The notes under the pieces: model-generated | What the model was told of the DNA's origin: nothing | The model's database searches: none | What the model saw: only the letters and a program-made list of their open reading frames with translations | Assembly (NCBI GenBank): GCA_040222015.1 | Contig: JAVJWO010000170.1 | Coordinates: 1 to 64,000, forward strand | Length of the DNA: 64,000 bases | Origin: Coleofasciculus chthonoplastes F2-STO-03 | Lineage (GTDB): Bacteria > Cyanobacteriota > Cyanobacteriia > Cyanobacteriales > Coleofasciculaceae | Direction: 5' to 3' | Program-made: the position numbers and the translations under genes | Part shown: positions 50,247 through 59,788 of the stretch, piece by piece | Layout: each line of letters begins with the position of its first letter | How positions within the stretch are numbered: the stretch's first letter is position 1

Positions 50247-51024
50247 AATTTAGAATGCACCCGTTTTTTGCCAGATTGAATCTATCCCTCGCCCAGAACG
50301 TGAAACTCAACGTTTATCTAGGTCAGGGGATTCTATACAGGGCGTCACCGTGTTAATACATCATTAAACTCGGATTACAGCTCATAATCCATGAACAATA
50401 ATGCGAACTAAACAGTGTCACCGAGTTGGCTTAGATTATGTTTCAAGTCGAGGGACTTGTTAAAAATCTAATTGTTTGACTGAACCCTATAAATATATTT
50501 TTCTCTGTCTGTAGTAAAAATACTCAATTTAATCAACTACTGTCTACCCAAAAATAGACTCTTTACAGACTCTTCATAAACAGCCTGTCGTATCTTCATG
50601 AAAACTTCACAGTAGATTTGACTAACCCTTATGACATCTGCCATCTGCCTCGCCATCACCCAAAAAGGGGAAGTTAACTTGGAGCAGCCGGATTACAGAT
50701 GGAACTCCTTGAGACTTGACAAAACTTTGTAAAGAGTCTTTACGTAAATACTCGCAATTGGTGGATTTACATTTCAATCTATGTACAACTATTGACATGA
50801 CTGAGCAATTACAAGTAAATTACTTCCCATAAAGGATTTTATTCCCCGACCCGAAAGAGGTTAACACCTAACTCCCCAGACTTAGCGAGACGATGAGGAT
50901 AAACCCAAAAACCGTTGACCGTCGGTCTGGCTCACTCCAGGTCTACAGAAACAAGGTTTTGGGACTTCGGGCGATAAAAAATAAAAATGCGAAACCCAGT
51001 TTGGGCAGCTATGAGGAAATAGGA

Positions 51025-51861
51025 ATGAATACTCAAACGTTACCAGTGTCTCCCAGTCAAACCAGTGTCATCGGAATTGGTGTTCATCGGACAAGCTATG
51101 AGGAATGTACCGATCTGATTATTCAAAACGCTAAACGGCATCAATCGTGTACAGTAGCGGCAACGGATGTCCATAGTATGATGCGCGGTTATCTTGACCC
51201 CCAAGGTCATGGCTATCGCCTGAACCACTTTACTGTAGTCACCCCAGACGGTCAACCTGTACGCTGGGCGCTGAATCTATTTCGCAAATCGGGGGAAAAA
51301 TATCTGCGCGATCGCGTCCGGGGACCTGAACTTATGTTAAGGGTGTGCGAACGAGCCGCTGCTGAAGGCGTGAGTATTTTTCTCTATGGTTCAACCGAAG
51401 CGATTTTAGGGCAACTGCAAGTCAATCTGACCGAAAAATTCCCTAACTTGAAAATCGCTGGTGCAATCTCTCCACCGTTTCGAGCATTAACTCCACAGGA
51501 AGATGCTGAGTACGTCCAAACCATTCGCCAATCCGGAGCGGGTATCCTTTTTGTTGGCTTAGGATGTCCAAAACAGGAAGAGTGGGCGTTTACCCATCGT
51601 CATCGATTGGATTGTCCGATACTTTGTGTCGGTGCGGCGTTTGATATGCACGCGGGTCAAGTTGACGAAGCCCCAATTTTAATGCAAACGTTCGGTTTAG
51701 AATGGCTCTATCGATTTATGCAAGAACCTGTTCGTCTCTGGAAGCGCTATCTATTAATCAATCCACTTTATCTGGTGCTGGTCGCTTTGCAGCTTTTCAA
51801 AGTCTTGCCCCGCAAAAAAAAGCATAATCGAATTGATTACCAGACTTCTCATATTATATAA
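51025..51861 (+). CDS. WecB/TagA/CpsF (GT26) glycosyltransferase
   Basis: TPDGQP, RVRGPEL, SPPFR, VGLGCPKQE, GAAFD, GLEWLYR..EPVRLWKRY; ATG at 51025. Confidence 0.95.
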   Translation: MNTQTLPVSPSQTSVIGIGVHRTSYEECTDLIIQNAKRHQSCTVAATDVHSMMRGYLDPQGHGYRLNHFTVVTPDGQPVRWALNLFRKSGEKYLRDRVRGPELMLRVCERAAAEGVSIFLYGSTEAILGQLQVNLTEKFPNLKIAGAISPPFRALTPQEDAEYVQTIRQSGAGILFVGLGCPKQEEWAFTHRHRLDCPILCVGAAFDMHAGQVDEAPILMQTFGLEWLYRFMQEPVRLWKRYLLINPLYLVLVALQLFKVLPRKKKHNRIDYQTSHII

Positions 51862-51898
51862 GAGTAGGAAGGCAACTCCATAAAGTGGGAGATTCTCA

Positions 51899-52125
51899 GT
51901 CAACTACTCACGGTTACTTCGTTGAACCGTGAGCTTGGAAGAGTCAGCTTCCTCTAAAAGTTGTCTACCGCACTTAGTTTTTACTAAGTTCTGAGTTTCG
52001 ATTTGGTACGCACGGTTGGATATTTTCCTAGTTCAGCCCTCTGCAAGACTCCTGATTGGGTCGCCTTGTCTACGGGACATCTTAATCGGAATGGCGGTAA
52101 GGAACAAGTAACTTTTGTAAGGATT
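51899..52125 (+). ncRNA. omega-RNA/HEARO-like scaffold upstream of isrB
   Basis: GTCAACT..AGTTGTC closing stem, several hairpins (ACTTAGT/ACTAAGT; GAC..GTC), TTCCTAG pairing with distal AAGGAA; position immediately 5' of an IscB/IsrB gene. Confidence 0.75.
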
Positions 52126-52132
52126 ATCTCCT

Positions 52133-53260
52133 ATGCACAGTTCGGCTTCGCTCACTGTAAAACGAGTACCTGTAATTTCACCAGATGGGCGTCCGTTAAT
52201 GCCCACCAAACCTTCAAGAGCCAGACGTTGGCTTAAAGATGGGAAGGCAAGAATCTATCCCAATGACCTGAACATTTTTGCCATTGAGCTACTCAATAAA
52301 CCCTCTGGACATAAAACTCAAGATGTGGTTATTGGCATAGATACTGGCAAACTGTTTAGTGGTATTGGGCTTCAAAGCTCCAAGGCTACCTTGCTTAAAC
52401 TTCATTTGATTCTTCCGTTTCCCAATATCACCAAAAAGATGACAGCAAGGCGGATACTTAGAAGAGCTAGACGTGGACGCCGAATTAACCGCAAACTGCC
52501 TTATGACCAGCGGTGTCATAAAGCCAAACGATTTGACAACAGAGTCCAAAAGAAGCTGCCTCCTAGTATCAGGGCTAACCGTCAACTGGAACTGCGGGTT
52601 GTCAAGGAAGCGACGCGATTATTCCCTATCTCTCACATTGTTTACGAGTACATAAAAGCTCGTGGGGACAAGGGTTTTAGTCCGGCAATGGTCGGTCAAA
52701 AAGTCATGTTGTCCTGGCTTTTGAAGCTGGCGCCAACAGCTACTCAGTACGGCTGGCAAACCTCCAATCTCAGGCAGTGGCTAAAGCTGACCAAGGAAAA
52801 AACCGACAAGTCAAAAGCTGTGGAAGAAACTCACAGCAATGATGGTGTAGCACTGGCTGCTAGTCATTTTGTTAATTGGAAAGAATGGCATTCCAGTAAT
52901 GCACGAGGCGGCTATTGGGATGGTGAGGTGGTTGCCACTGTAGCCCCCTTCAAGGTGATAGCTAGACCCAATGTTTACAGGCGTCAGCTTCATTTTGAAA
53001 ACCCAGATAGTCACAAACCCAACCCCAATCAATATCGAAAACGCAAGGGTGGAACGATAACACCGTTTGGTTTTTGTTCCGGTGACTTTGTTCAAGCTTC
53101 AAAAGCGGGACAGACCTACAGGGGTTGGATTGGTGGATATACTCGAACAACTAAGTCGAAAAATGTATCAGTATACGACCACAATTGGAAACGAATTGGA
53201 CAATTCTCTCTTAAGAAAATCAAATTGCTCAAACGTTCATGCAAGTTATGCGTGGCTTAG
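52133..53260 (+). CDS. isrB: IsrB RNA-guided nickase (RRXRR-domain IscB relative lacking HNH)
   Basis: PLMP motif, RuvC-I VIGIDTG, Arg-rich bridge helix RRILRRARR, RuvC-II IVYE, RuvC-III THSNDGVALA; 375 aa; no CxxC/HNH insert. Confidence 0.88.
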   Translation: MHSSASLTVKRVPVISPDGRPLMPTKPSRARRWLKDGKARIYPNDLNIFAIELLNKPSGHKTQDVVIGIDTGKLFSGIGLQSSKATLLKLHLILPFPNITKKMTARRILRRARRGRRINRKLPYDQRCHKAKRFDNRVQKKLPPSIRANRQLELRVVKEATRLFPISHIVYEYIKARGDKGFSPAMVGQKVMLSWLLKLAPTATQYGWQTSNLRQWLKLTKEKTDKSKAVEETHSNDGVALAASHFVNWKEWHSSNARGGYWDGEVVATVAPFKVIARPNVYRRQLHFENPDSHKPNPNQYRKRKGGTITPFGFCSGDFVQASKAGQTYRGWIGGYTRTTKSKNVSVYDHNWKRIGQFSLKKIKLLKRSCKLCVA

Positions 53261-53476
53261 GGGGAGATGTGTTGGACGCCTCCGTCCCTCCGGCGTCCCG
53301 CTCTTCCTCCCCAGGCTACTACGTTGAGCCTGGGGACTCCCGCGAATACGTTGATTGATGCTCACTGCAAATATCTCACCACCATTCATAAAGCGGATGG
53401 CTTCGCCTTTTCTTATCTTGGCGGCGATTCCTCCGACGCTTGACTTTCAGTACAAGCGCGGGACCCTCGCCGCATT

Positions 53477-53566
53477 CTGCTGGAGCGGATTTTAAACCAA
53501 GCTACTCAGCAGGCTGAAGCGGCTGAGGTTTACTATTTGTCCAGTCAAGATACACCGATTACCTTT
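53477..53566 (+). pseudogene. N-terminal fragment of a TldE/PmbA-family gene
   Basis: LLERILNQATQQAEAAEVYYLSSQDTPITF resembles cyanobacterial PmbA N-termini; then runs into a REP tail (AACCCGCCC at ~53580). Confidence 0.55.
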
Positions 53567-53803
53567 AATCTATCAACAGAACCCGCCCGGATAAATAATA
53601 AAATTGGACTTTAGACTAATATCACAGATAGCGGTGGTTTGACCAAAATTTTTGATTGAATCCTTTAGATGTGATTTCGTTGGGAATTGAGTCTAAACTT
53701 CACTAATAAAAGAATGAATTAAAATAGTGGTGAATTCCGATAATAACTGTACTGGTATTACTAGGAATACAGCAAAAATACGAGAATAGAGAAAGGAGTA
53801 AAG

Positions 53804-54604
53804 TTGGTGAAGCCAGGATTGATAAATGGATTTTCTGTCGTTGGTTCGGTTCTCAGTCGCCTACGGGTGCTTGGGGTTGTTCTGCTGGTATCATTACTTC
53901 TGTCTGGCTGTGTCAAGTATGATGTTTTAGTGAACGTCTTGGATGAAAACCACGGCGCGATCGTGCAGCAAATCCGCTTGGGAGAACAATTGAGAAGTTT
54001 TAGTAATGCTCAAGCGACTGAATGGCTCAAAAGTATTGAACGACGTGCTAAGGAACTCCACGGAAAAACGACGCGCCGTTCTCAGCAAACCCTTGTAGTC
54101 ACAATTCCATTTAGTAATGGGGAGGAATTGACCACCAAGTTCAACCAATTTTTCAACCCCGTGAACCCAACTGCTAGGAAGGCTAAGGATAGGGGAACTG
54201 TTGATTTACCCAGTCTTGACTCGAGGTTAAGCCTAGAGCAACGTAGCTTTTTCGTGGTGCAACGGAATCAGTTAAACTATGAGCTGGATTTGCGATCGCT
54301 AGCGGTGCTTTCGGCAAAGGGTAGTGTAATCGTTAGTCCGGGTTCGCTGTTGGATTTGCAGTTTAGTTTACAGACTCCTTGGGGAGCAAACATTCTTGAT
54401 GTAGGGGATAATACCATTACGCCCCAGATTGACGAGGATGGGCATCTGCTGGTGTGGACTCTGATTCCGGGTCAACTTAACCGCCTAGGGGTGGTGTATT
54501 GGGTTCCTAGTCCTCTGGGAATCGGAACGATTGTGATTGTGCTGTTCGTCTTAGGGGGTTTTGTGGTTAAGTATAAATCATTTCCGGGAACAGTAACGGT
54601 GTAA
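53804..54604 (+). CDS. DUF3153-like lipoprotein
   Basis: Lipobox LLSGCVKY, IPFSNG, LDLRSL, PWGA, C-terminal WVPSPLGIG TM. Confidence 0.8.
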   Translation: MVKPGLINGFSVVGSVLSRLRVLGVVLLVSLLLSGCVKYDVLVNVLDENHGAIVQQIRLGEQLRSFSNAQATEWLKSIERRAKELHGKTTRRSQQTLVVTIPFSNGEELTTKFNQFFNPVNPTARKAKDRGTVDLPSLDSRLSLEQRSFFVVQRNQLNYELDLRSLAVLSAKGSVIVSPGSLLDLQFSLQTPWGANILDVGDNTITPQIDEDGHLLVWTLIPGQLNRLGVVYWVPSPLGIGTIVIVLFVLGGFVVKYKSFPGTVTV

Positions 54605-54631
54605 CCCTATGGTTGCAGTATTCTTGCGGAA

Positions 54632-55432
54632 CTAAGATAAAAACATTGTCAGCAAACACAGCAATAAGGCTTCTGTCCATTCCACCACCGCCCCATAAGT
54701 ATCCCCCGTATGTCCTCCCAACTGGCGGTAAAACCAGAACCCGGTCAAAAGCGCGATCGCACATCCTCCTCCGGCGCTAATAACGGCTAACTCCAGACTA
54801 TCTCTATTCATATTCATGAGTAGGGGTAAGCCACATACCCCTAGGAGTAAAAATGCCCCCCACAGACTATCAATCGGCACCCGAATTCCTTGTTGATGAA
54901 ATGCGCCTTTCCCTGTGGCTTTGAGGTACGGATACATCGAAATTGCCACCACTTGTCCCCAGCGCCCCCATCCGGCTACACTAATCAAGGCAAACCAGCG
55001 ATCGGTCTCAATATCCGTAAGCGCCGCCATTTTTAGTAAGAGTAGCGCGATCGCGGCCATCGCCCCAAACGCCCCAGTAACGCTATCTGCCATCACCTCC
55101 AGCCGTCGCTTCGGATCTTGTACACCTAAGCCATCTGCCGTATCCATCACGCCATCTAGATGTAGTCCTCCGGTTAGTGCTACCCAACTCACCACGATAA
55201 TCCCACTTCGGGTCAAGTGGGGCATACCCCAGTGTTGCAACAGAGCGTCTAGCATAGCTAATAGAACGCCAATAAATAGTCCAACGACAGGTGCCCAACG
55301 GGCAATGCGCTCAAAGTCTAACCCCCAACTCATGGGAATGGGGATACAAGTATAAAAGGTGATAGCACCCAACCAAGACTGCCAGGATTTTTGCCCCGCT
55401 TGCCACATCGATTGCACTCTAAACCCCTTCAT
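54632..55432 (-). CDS. cobS: Adenosylcobinamide-GDP ribazoletransferase
   Basis: [35 protein letters not shown]. Confidence 0.95.
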   Translation of the reverse strand: MKGFRVQSMWQAGQKSWQSWLGAITFYTCIPIPMSWGLDFERIARWAPVVGLFIGVLLAMLDALLQHWGMPHLTRSGIIVVSWVALTGGLHLDGVMDTADGLGVQDPKRRLEVMADSVTGAFGAMAAIALLLLKMAALTDIETDRWFALISVAGWGRWGQVVAISMYPYLKATGKGAFHQQGIRVPIDSLWGAFLLLGVCGLPLLMNMNRDSLELAVISAGGGCAIALLTGFWFYRQLGGHTGDTYGAVVEWTEALLLCLLTMFLS

Positions 55433-55827
55433 GGAGAATAATCTAATTTAGAGGGACACAGGTGCAGGTAAGCCCGGAAGCACGGGGATACAGGTGTCAC
55501 AGAGATATTGAGTGGCTCAGGATTTGGGTTCATAGTTCACTACACAGAAATTTACGTATATTGTCCGATGAATAGCGGGTAAATATTGGGATAGTATGGT
55601 TTAGTAACCCTACTGTAATACCCGTAACACTCAAGTATTTCAGATGATAATCCACCGGCACGAGCCCGTGGATAAATTTCTGATTCTTGATTGCCACAGC
55701 TTCTGACTTGCCTTTAGCTGGGCAGTCGCTAAAATCGAAGCATTAGGTTTTTCAGTCGGGTTTTACACGAATGCCAATACTCTTTGCAAGGCAATATCAG
55801 CCCCTTATGCATCATAGGCTTTACCCC

Positions 55828-56280
55828 ATGAGTTATCATCAACCTCCACGCCGACTTCCCGCCCCTTGTATCATTGATACGGGCATTATTATCAATAAGC
55901 AAGACATGGGACGCCTACTCACTGATTTGGGTCGCGTCCGCTATAGTCACACCATCGATAGCAACAAGCAAAGTGAGGGAGAAGGATATGTGCTGGAAGT
56001 CTTTGCCGATTCCCGCCGTTCTACCCTGATTGCGAATCAAGCTATCTACATCAATGTCCAGAGTTTTGATTACTTGCAACTGCATCAGACACCGGAAAAG
56101 CAGGCTTATTTTGATTTAGTCCAGGATAACCGTCGGCTAAGGCTGATTCCTCTATCCAACCCTTTACATGAGCAATCGGTGGAAACCCTCAACGCCGAAG
56201 CCCTAGAAGCCATGGTCACCCAGGTACTCAATGCCCGGTGGGATGTACAAATTGATGATGAGGGGGAATGTCCGTTCTAA
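55828..56280 (+). CDS. Cyanobacterial hypothetical protein
   Basis: PAPCIIDTGIIINKQDM..LL.DLGRVRY; long clean ORF upstream of tgt; ATG at 55828 preferred. Confidence 0.72.
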   Translation: MSYHQPPRRLPAPCIIDTGIIINKQDMGRLLTDLGRVRYSHTIDSNKQSEGEGYVLEVFADSRRSTLIANQAIYINVQSFDYLQLHQTPEKQAYFDLVQDNRRLRLIPLSNPLHEQSVETLNAEALEAMVTQVLNARWDVQIDDEGECPF

Positions 56281-56343
56281 TCCGCAAATAAAAGAGATGA
56301 TGAGCCACAATAATCAAAGCACGATTCTGAACCCTTAACCGCG

Positions 56344-57468
56344 TTGGCTCAAACATACAATTCATTTTCCTTTCAATGTCAGGCATGGTGCAGCCAAACC
56401 AAGGCACGCGCCGGATTACTGCACAGTCCCCATGGTCTGATTGAAACGCCCCGGTTTATGCCCGTGGGTACTTTGGCAACGGTCAAAACTCTAACTCCTG
56501 CCCAGTTAGAAGCAGCACAAGCCCAAATTATTCTCGCCAATACCTATCATCTGCACCTGCAACCCGGAGAAGCGATTGTCCAGCAAGCGGGAGGACTGCA
56601 TCAGTTCATGGGTTGGCAGCGCCCAATTTTGACGGATTCGGGCGGCTTTCAAGTTTTTAGCTTAAGTAAATTGCGACAAATTAGCGAAGAGGGTGTGGTT
56701 TTTCGTTCGCCTCGGGATGGACGGTTAATTAATCTCACCCCAGAACGGTCAATTGCTATCCAAAATGCGCTAGGGGCGGATATTATTATGGCATTTGATG
56801 AATGTCCGCCGTATCCAGCGAGTCGGGCGGAGATTGAGGCGTCATTGGAGAGAACAGATCGCTGGCTGAAGCGCTGTGTAAATGCTCACACTCGTTCGGA
56901 TCAGCAAGCGTTGTTTGGTATCGTTCAGGGTGGTGTTTATCCGGATTTGCGTCGTCAGGCGGCTGAGTCGTTGGTGTCCTTGGATTTACCGGGGTATGCC
57001 ATTGGTGGGGTGAGTGTAGGGGAACCGGTGGAATTTATCCATGACATTGTAACCGCGACGACACCTTATTTACCGATTGATAAGCCGCGTTATCTCATGG
57101 GGGTAGGGACTTATCGAGAAATGGCACGCGCGATCGCATCAGGTGTGGATTTGTTTGATTGTGTGATTCCCACGCGCTTAGGGCGTCATGGGGCGGCGTT
57201 GGTTCAGGGGGAACGCTGGAATTTGAAAAATGCTCGGTTTCGGGAGGATTTTACGGCGTTGGATTCGACTTGTCCCTGTTATTGCTGTCAGAACTTTAGC
57301 CGCGCCTACTTGAGTCATCTGGTGCGATCGCGGGAAGTTTTGGGCTTTATGTTAATCTCCCTGCATAATGTGACAGAGTTGATTCGCTTTACCCAAAGTA
57401 TTCGAGAGGCGATTTTACGGGATACCTTTACCACAGATTTTGCGAGATGGCTAGTGCAGCGGGCATGA
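56344..57468 (+). CDS. tgt: tRNA-guanine(34) transglycosylase
   Basis: [42 protein letters not shown] Zn site, HN. Confidence 0.97.
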   Translation: MAQTYNSFSFQCQAWCSQTKARAGLLHSPHGLIETPRFMPVGTLATVKTLTPAQLEAAQAQIILANTYHLHLQPGEAIVQQAGGLHQFMGWQRPILTDSGGFQVFSLSKLRQISEEGVVFRSPRDGRLINLTPERSIAIQNALGADIIMAFDECPPYPASRAEIEASLERTDRWLKRCVNAHTRSDQQALFGIVQGGVYPDLRRQAAESLVSLDLPGYAIGGVSVGEPVEFIHDIVTATTPYLPIDKPRYLMGVGTYREMARAIASGVDLFDCVIPTRLGRHGAALVQGERWNLKNARFREDFTALDSTCPCYCCQNFSRAYLSHLVRSREVLGFMLISLHNVTELIRFTQSIREAILRDTFTTDFARWLVQRA

Positions 57469-57580
57469 AAATACTTGAGCAGCTTCGTATATACGATGAA
57501 GCTGGGGAAGCTGGGGAAACTTCAGTTTAGTTCTAGAACTAGAATAGGAAGATCATTAACACGATATAGGGTAAAGGAAG

Positions 57581-57850
57581 ATGAATGTGTCTTTAACTCC
57601 AGAACTTGAGCAGTTTCTTCAACGCCAAGTAGAGGGCGGGAAATACAAATCACCGGAGGAGGTTATCCTGGCTGCACTTAGGGCGTTTGCTGAACGGGAA
57701 CGTATCTATAAGGGGCGCTTTGAGGAATTGAGGGGGGAAATTATGGTTGGAGTTGAAGCGTCGAAACGGGGAGAGGTGGTTGATGGTGAGACGGTTTTTA
57801 GCCAACTCGAACAGAAGCTGCTTTTACGTCGTTCTCAAGAGGGTGAATGA
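57581..57850 (+). CDS. ParD-family (RHH) antitoxin
   Basis: MNVSLTPELEQF..QVEGGKY.S.EEVI.AALR; overlaps the toxin start (ATGA). Confidence 0.88.
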   Translation: MNVSLTPELEQFLQRQVEGGKYKSPEEVILAALRAFAERERIYKGRFEELRGEIMVGVEASKRGEVVDGETVFSQLEQKLLLRRSQEGE

Positions 57851-58159
57851 GTAATATTTGCCAATTTACTGTTCCAGCTAGTCGAGATATTGAAAGTATT
57901 ATCGACTATGTTGCTGATCAGAGTAGTTTGGGTGCAGCGGAGCGTTTACTTAAGAAGATTAATCAAAAGTGTCGGACGTTGGCTAGTTTTCCGAACATGG
58001 GGCGGAGGCGGGATGAGCTTTTACCTTCGTTGCGAAGCTTTCCTGTTGGTGATTATTTAATTTTTTATCAACCAATTGAGGATGGGATTGAGATTTTGCG
58101 GGAAGAAGCGTGGCTATAGAGATTTAGAGGCGCTGTTCTCAGATGAAGATGGGGAGTAA
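57847..58159 (+). pseudogene. ParE/RelE-family toxin with a C-terminal frameshift (in-frame stop at 58119)
   Basis: ASRDIESI..FPNMGRRRDEL...LRSFPVGDYLIFY..IEILR; expected tail GYRDLEALFSDEDGE* lies in the +1 frame (58112-58159). Confidence 0.78.
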
Positions 58160-58189
58160 GAAACTGAAATATACCTACAAATTAAGCCG

Positions 58190-58230
58190 AAACCTATATT
58201 TGCCGATTGTTTACGCAAATATAGGTTTTT
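58190..58230 (+). terminator. Intrinsic terminator-like hairpin between convergent genes
   Basis: AAACCTATATTTGC/GCAAATATAGGTTT 14-bp stem followed by T-run. Confidence 0.7.
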
Positions 58231-58359
58231 GTCCACAGTCCAATTATGACTGTAACTTGGTATTATATGATGTCCGGACCCATCACCCATAATAAAAACA
58301 TCTCCCTCTCACCCCCTCCTCTGCCTTCTGCCTTCTGCTATATTACGCCAGCCAACGGT

Positions 58360-59466
58360 TTAGGGTTTGCCATCAGCGACCAAAGCACTTAAAGAATCGC
58401 TAATTTCTCCGGTGTTGAGATTCCCCAAATAGGTGACTTGGGTGGGGTAAGCAAACTCAATCTGACGCGCTTCAAATTCCTGTTTAAGCTGTAAATTAAG
58501 CTGCTGCTGGATATCCATATAGAGGTTGTAATCACTGCTTAAAACATAATAAACAACCTCAAAATTCAAGCTAAAATCCCCATAATCGCTAAAATGCGCT
58601 CGGTCAAACGTGGTATTATCCAGATTTTCAACAATACCTTGGACAATTTCGGGGATAATCTGAAGTTTTTCTTGAGACGTTTCATAAAGCACGCCAAACT
58701 TAAACGCCACCCGTCGTTTAGGCATCCGTTTAAAATTGCGAATCCGCGAACTGGTTAAATCGGTGTTGGCAAAAATGAGTTGTTCTCCACTTAAACTCCG
58801 CAGACGAGTCGTTTTAATGCCAATATGTTCGACTGAACCGAGGAAATCGTCAACAATGATAAAATCTCCCAATTCAAATGGACGGTCAAACAGGATAGAG
58901 AAGTAGCTGAATAAATCCTGGAGAAAGCCTTGAGACGCTAAAGCAATCGCCACACCGCCAATGCCTAATCCAGCCACAACAGCGGAGATATCAAAACCCA
59001 GATTATCTAACAAAAAGACAATTCCCAGCGCCCAAATTGCAATTCGAGCCGCCGGAATTAACGCATCAAGCGCCTGTTGCACCGTTTCACTTTGGCGGCG
59101 AGTTAGCCAATATAACCGGAAACCGTATTCCACCAGGGAAACCAAGAGGCGAATCCCTAGAATCGTGGCAACAATCAACGTCAAAGCGTCAATCACCTGA
59201 TCCAGAATCGGATGTAAGGTGAGATTCGCGATCGCTACATAAAACGTGCCAACGTAAAGGATAGGAATCACGGCTCGTTCAATCATCTGGATCAGGGAAT
59301 CATCCAACTGAGTTGTCGTTTTCGCCGCCCAGCGTTTGAGTCGTCCTACAATCACTTGGCGGAGAATTTTGATCAGAAAAATTCCCACAACCAAGATGAC
59401 AAAGGCGATGAGATAGTCTACGACTTGATTGTATAAAAACGTAACCTGTAAGAAATCTGGCGTCAT
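58360..59466 (-). CDS. MscS-family mechanosensitive channel
   Basis: AGLGIGGVAIALASQ, DRPFELGDFI, IGIKTTRLRSLSGE, IEFAYPT. Confidence 0.95.
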   Translation of the reverse strand: MTPDFLQVTFLYNQVVDYLIAFVILVVGIFLIKILRQVIVGRLKRWAAKTTTQLDDSLIQMIERAVIPILYVGTFYVAIANLTLHPILDQVIDALTLIVATILGIRLLVSLVEYGFRLYWLTRRQSETVQQALDALIPAARIAIWALGIVFLLDNLGFDISAVVAGLGIGGVAIALASQGFLQDLFSYFSILFDRPFELGDFIIVDDFLGSVEHIGIKTTRLRSLSGEQLIFANTDLTSSRIRNFKRMPKRRVAFKFGVLYETSQEKLQIIPEIVQGIVENLDNTTFDRAHFSDYGDFSLNFEVVYYVLSSDYNLYMDIQQQLNLQLKQEFEARQIEFAYPTQVTYLGNLNTGEISDSLSALVADGKP

Positions 59467-59570
59467 GAACTCCTTAAGCGAATTATACTGAATCCCTATC
59501 AGGATTTATGGTTTTTCTCAATCATACATCAATCCTAAGACATAAATTTGGTTAAGTTTGAAGTTTGGAG

Positions 59571-59777
59571 TTTGTAGTAAGGGCTTTAGCCCGTTATAAG
59601 TAGTGGCGTAGTACATAAGCTGTCATGCAATTCAATATTAGTAGCGAGCAAGATGCTTAAGTAGTCGGACAAAAGAAAACGGCACTATACTAAATTTTGT
59701 AAACAAGCCTCAAACCCTTACAAAGGACAAATGACAAATGACAAATGACAAATGACAAATGACAAATGACAAATGAC
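59571..59777. repeat. Composite of REP/MITE fragments plus (CAAATGA)n STRR
   Basis: GTAGTAAGGGCTTTAGCCC, TAGTGGCG, TAAGCTGTCATGC match ends seen at 14932, 14897 and 37394; STRR at 59721-59777. Confidence 0.75.
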
Positions 59778-59788
59778 GATCTTAAAAC

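Larger units (their letters stand above)
51899..53354 (+). mobile_element. Non-autonomous IS200/IS605 OMEGA element carrying isrB
   Basis: Starts GTCAAC; twin subterminal hairpins with near-identical loops (51907-51933 loop ACTTCGTTG; 53309-53335 loop ACTACGTTG); no tnpA; right boundary inferred. Confidence 0.82.

Noticed and set aside
50250..51024. Riboswitch or sRNA in the long divergent intergenic region
   Set aside because: Only short AT-rich repeats; no recognisable conserved RNA motif
52133..53260. Cas9, IscB or TnpB identity for the RRXRR ORF
   Set aside because: No HNH/CxxC between RuvC-II and III, no Zn finger, no CRISPR array; PLMP and size fit IsrB
55433..55770. Cobalamin riboswitch upstream of cobS
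   Set aside because: Could not find the B12-box/GGGAA core on the minus strand by eye; an Infernal search would settle it
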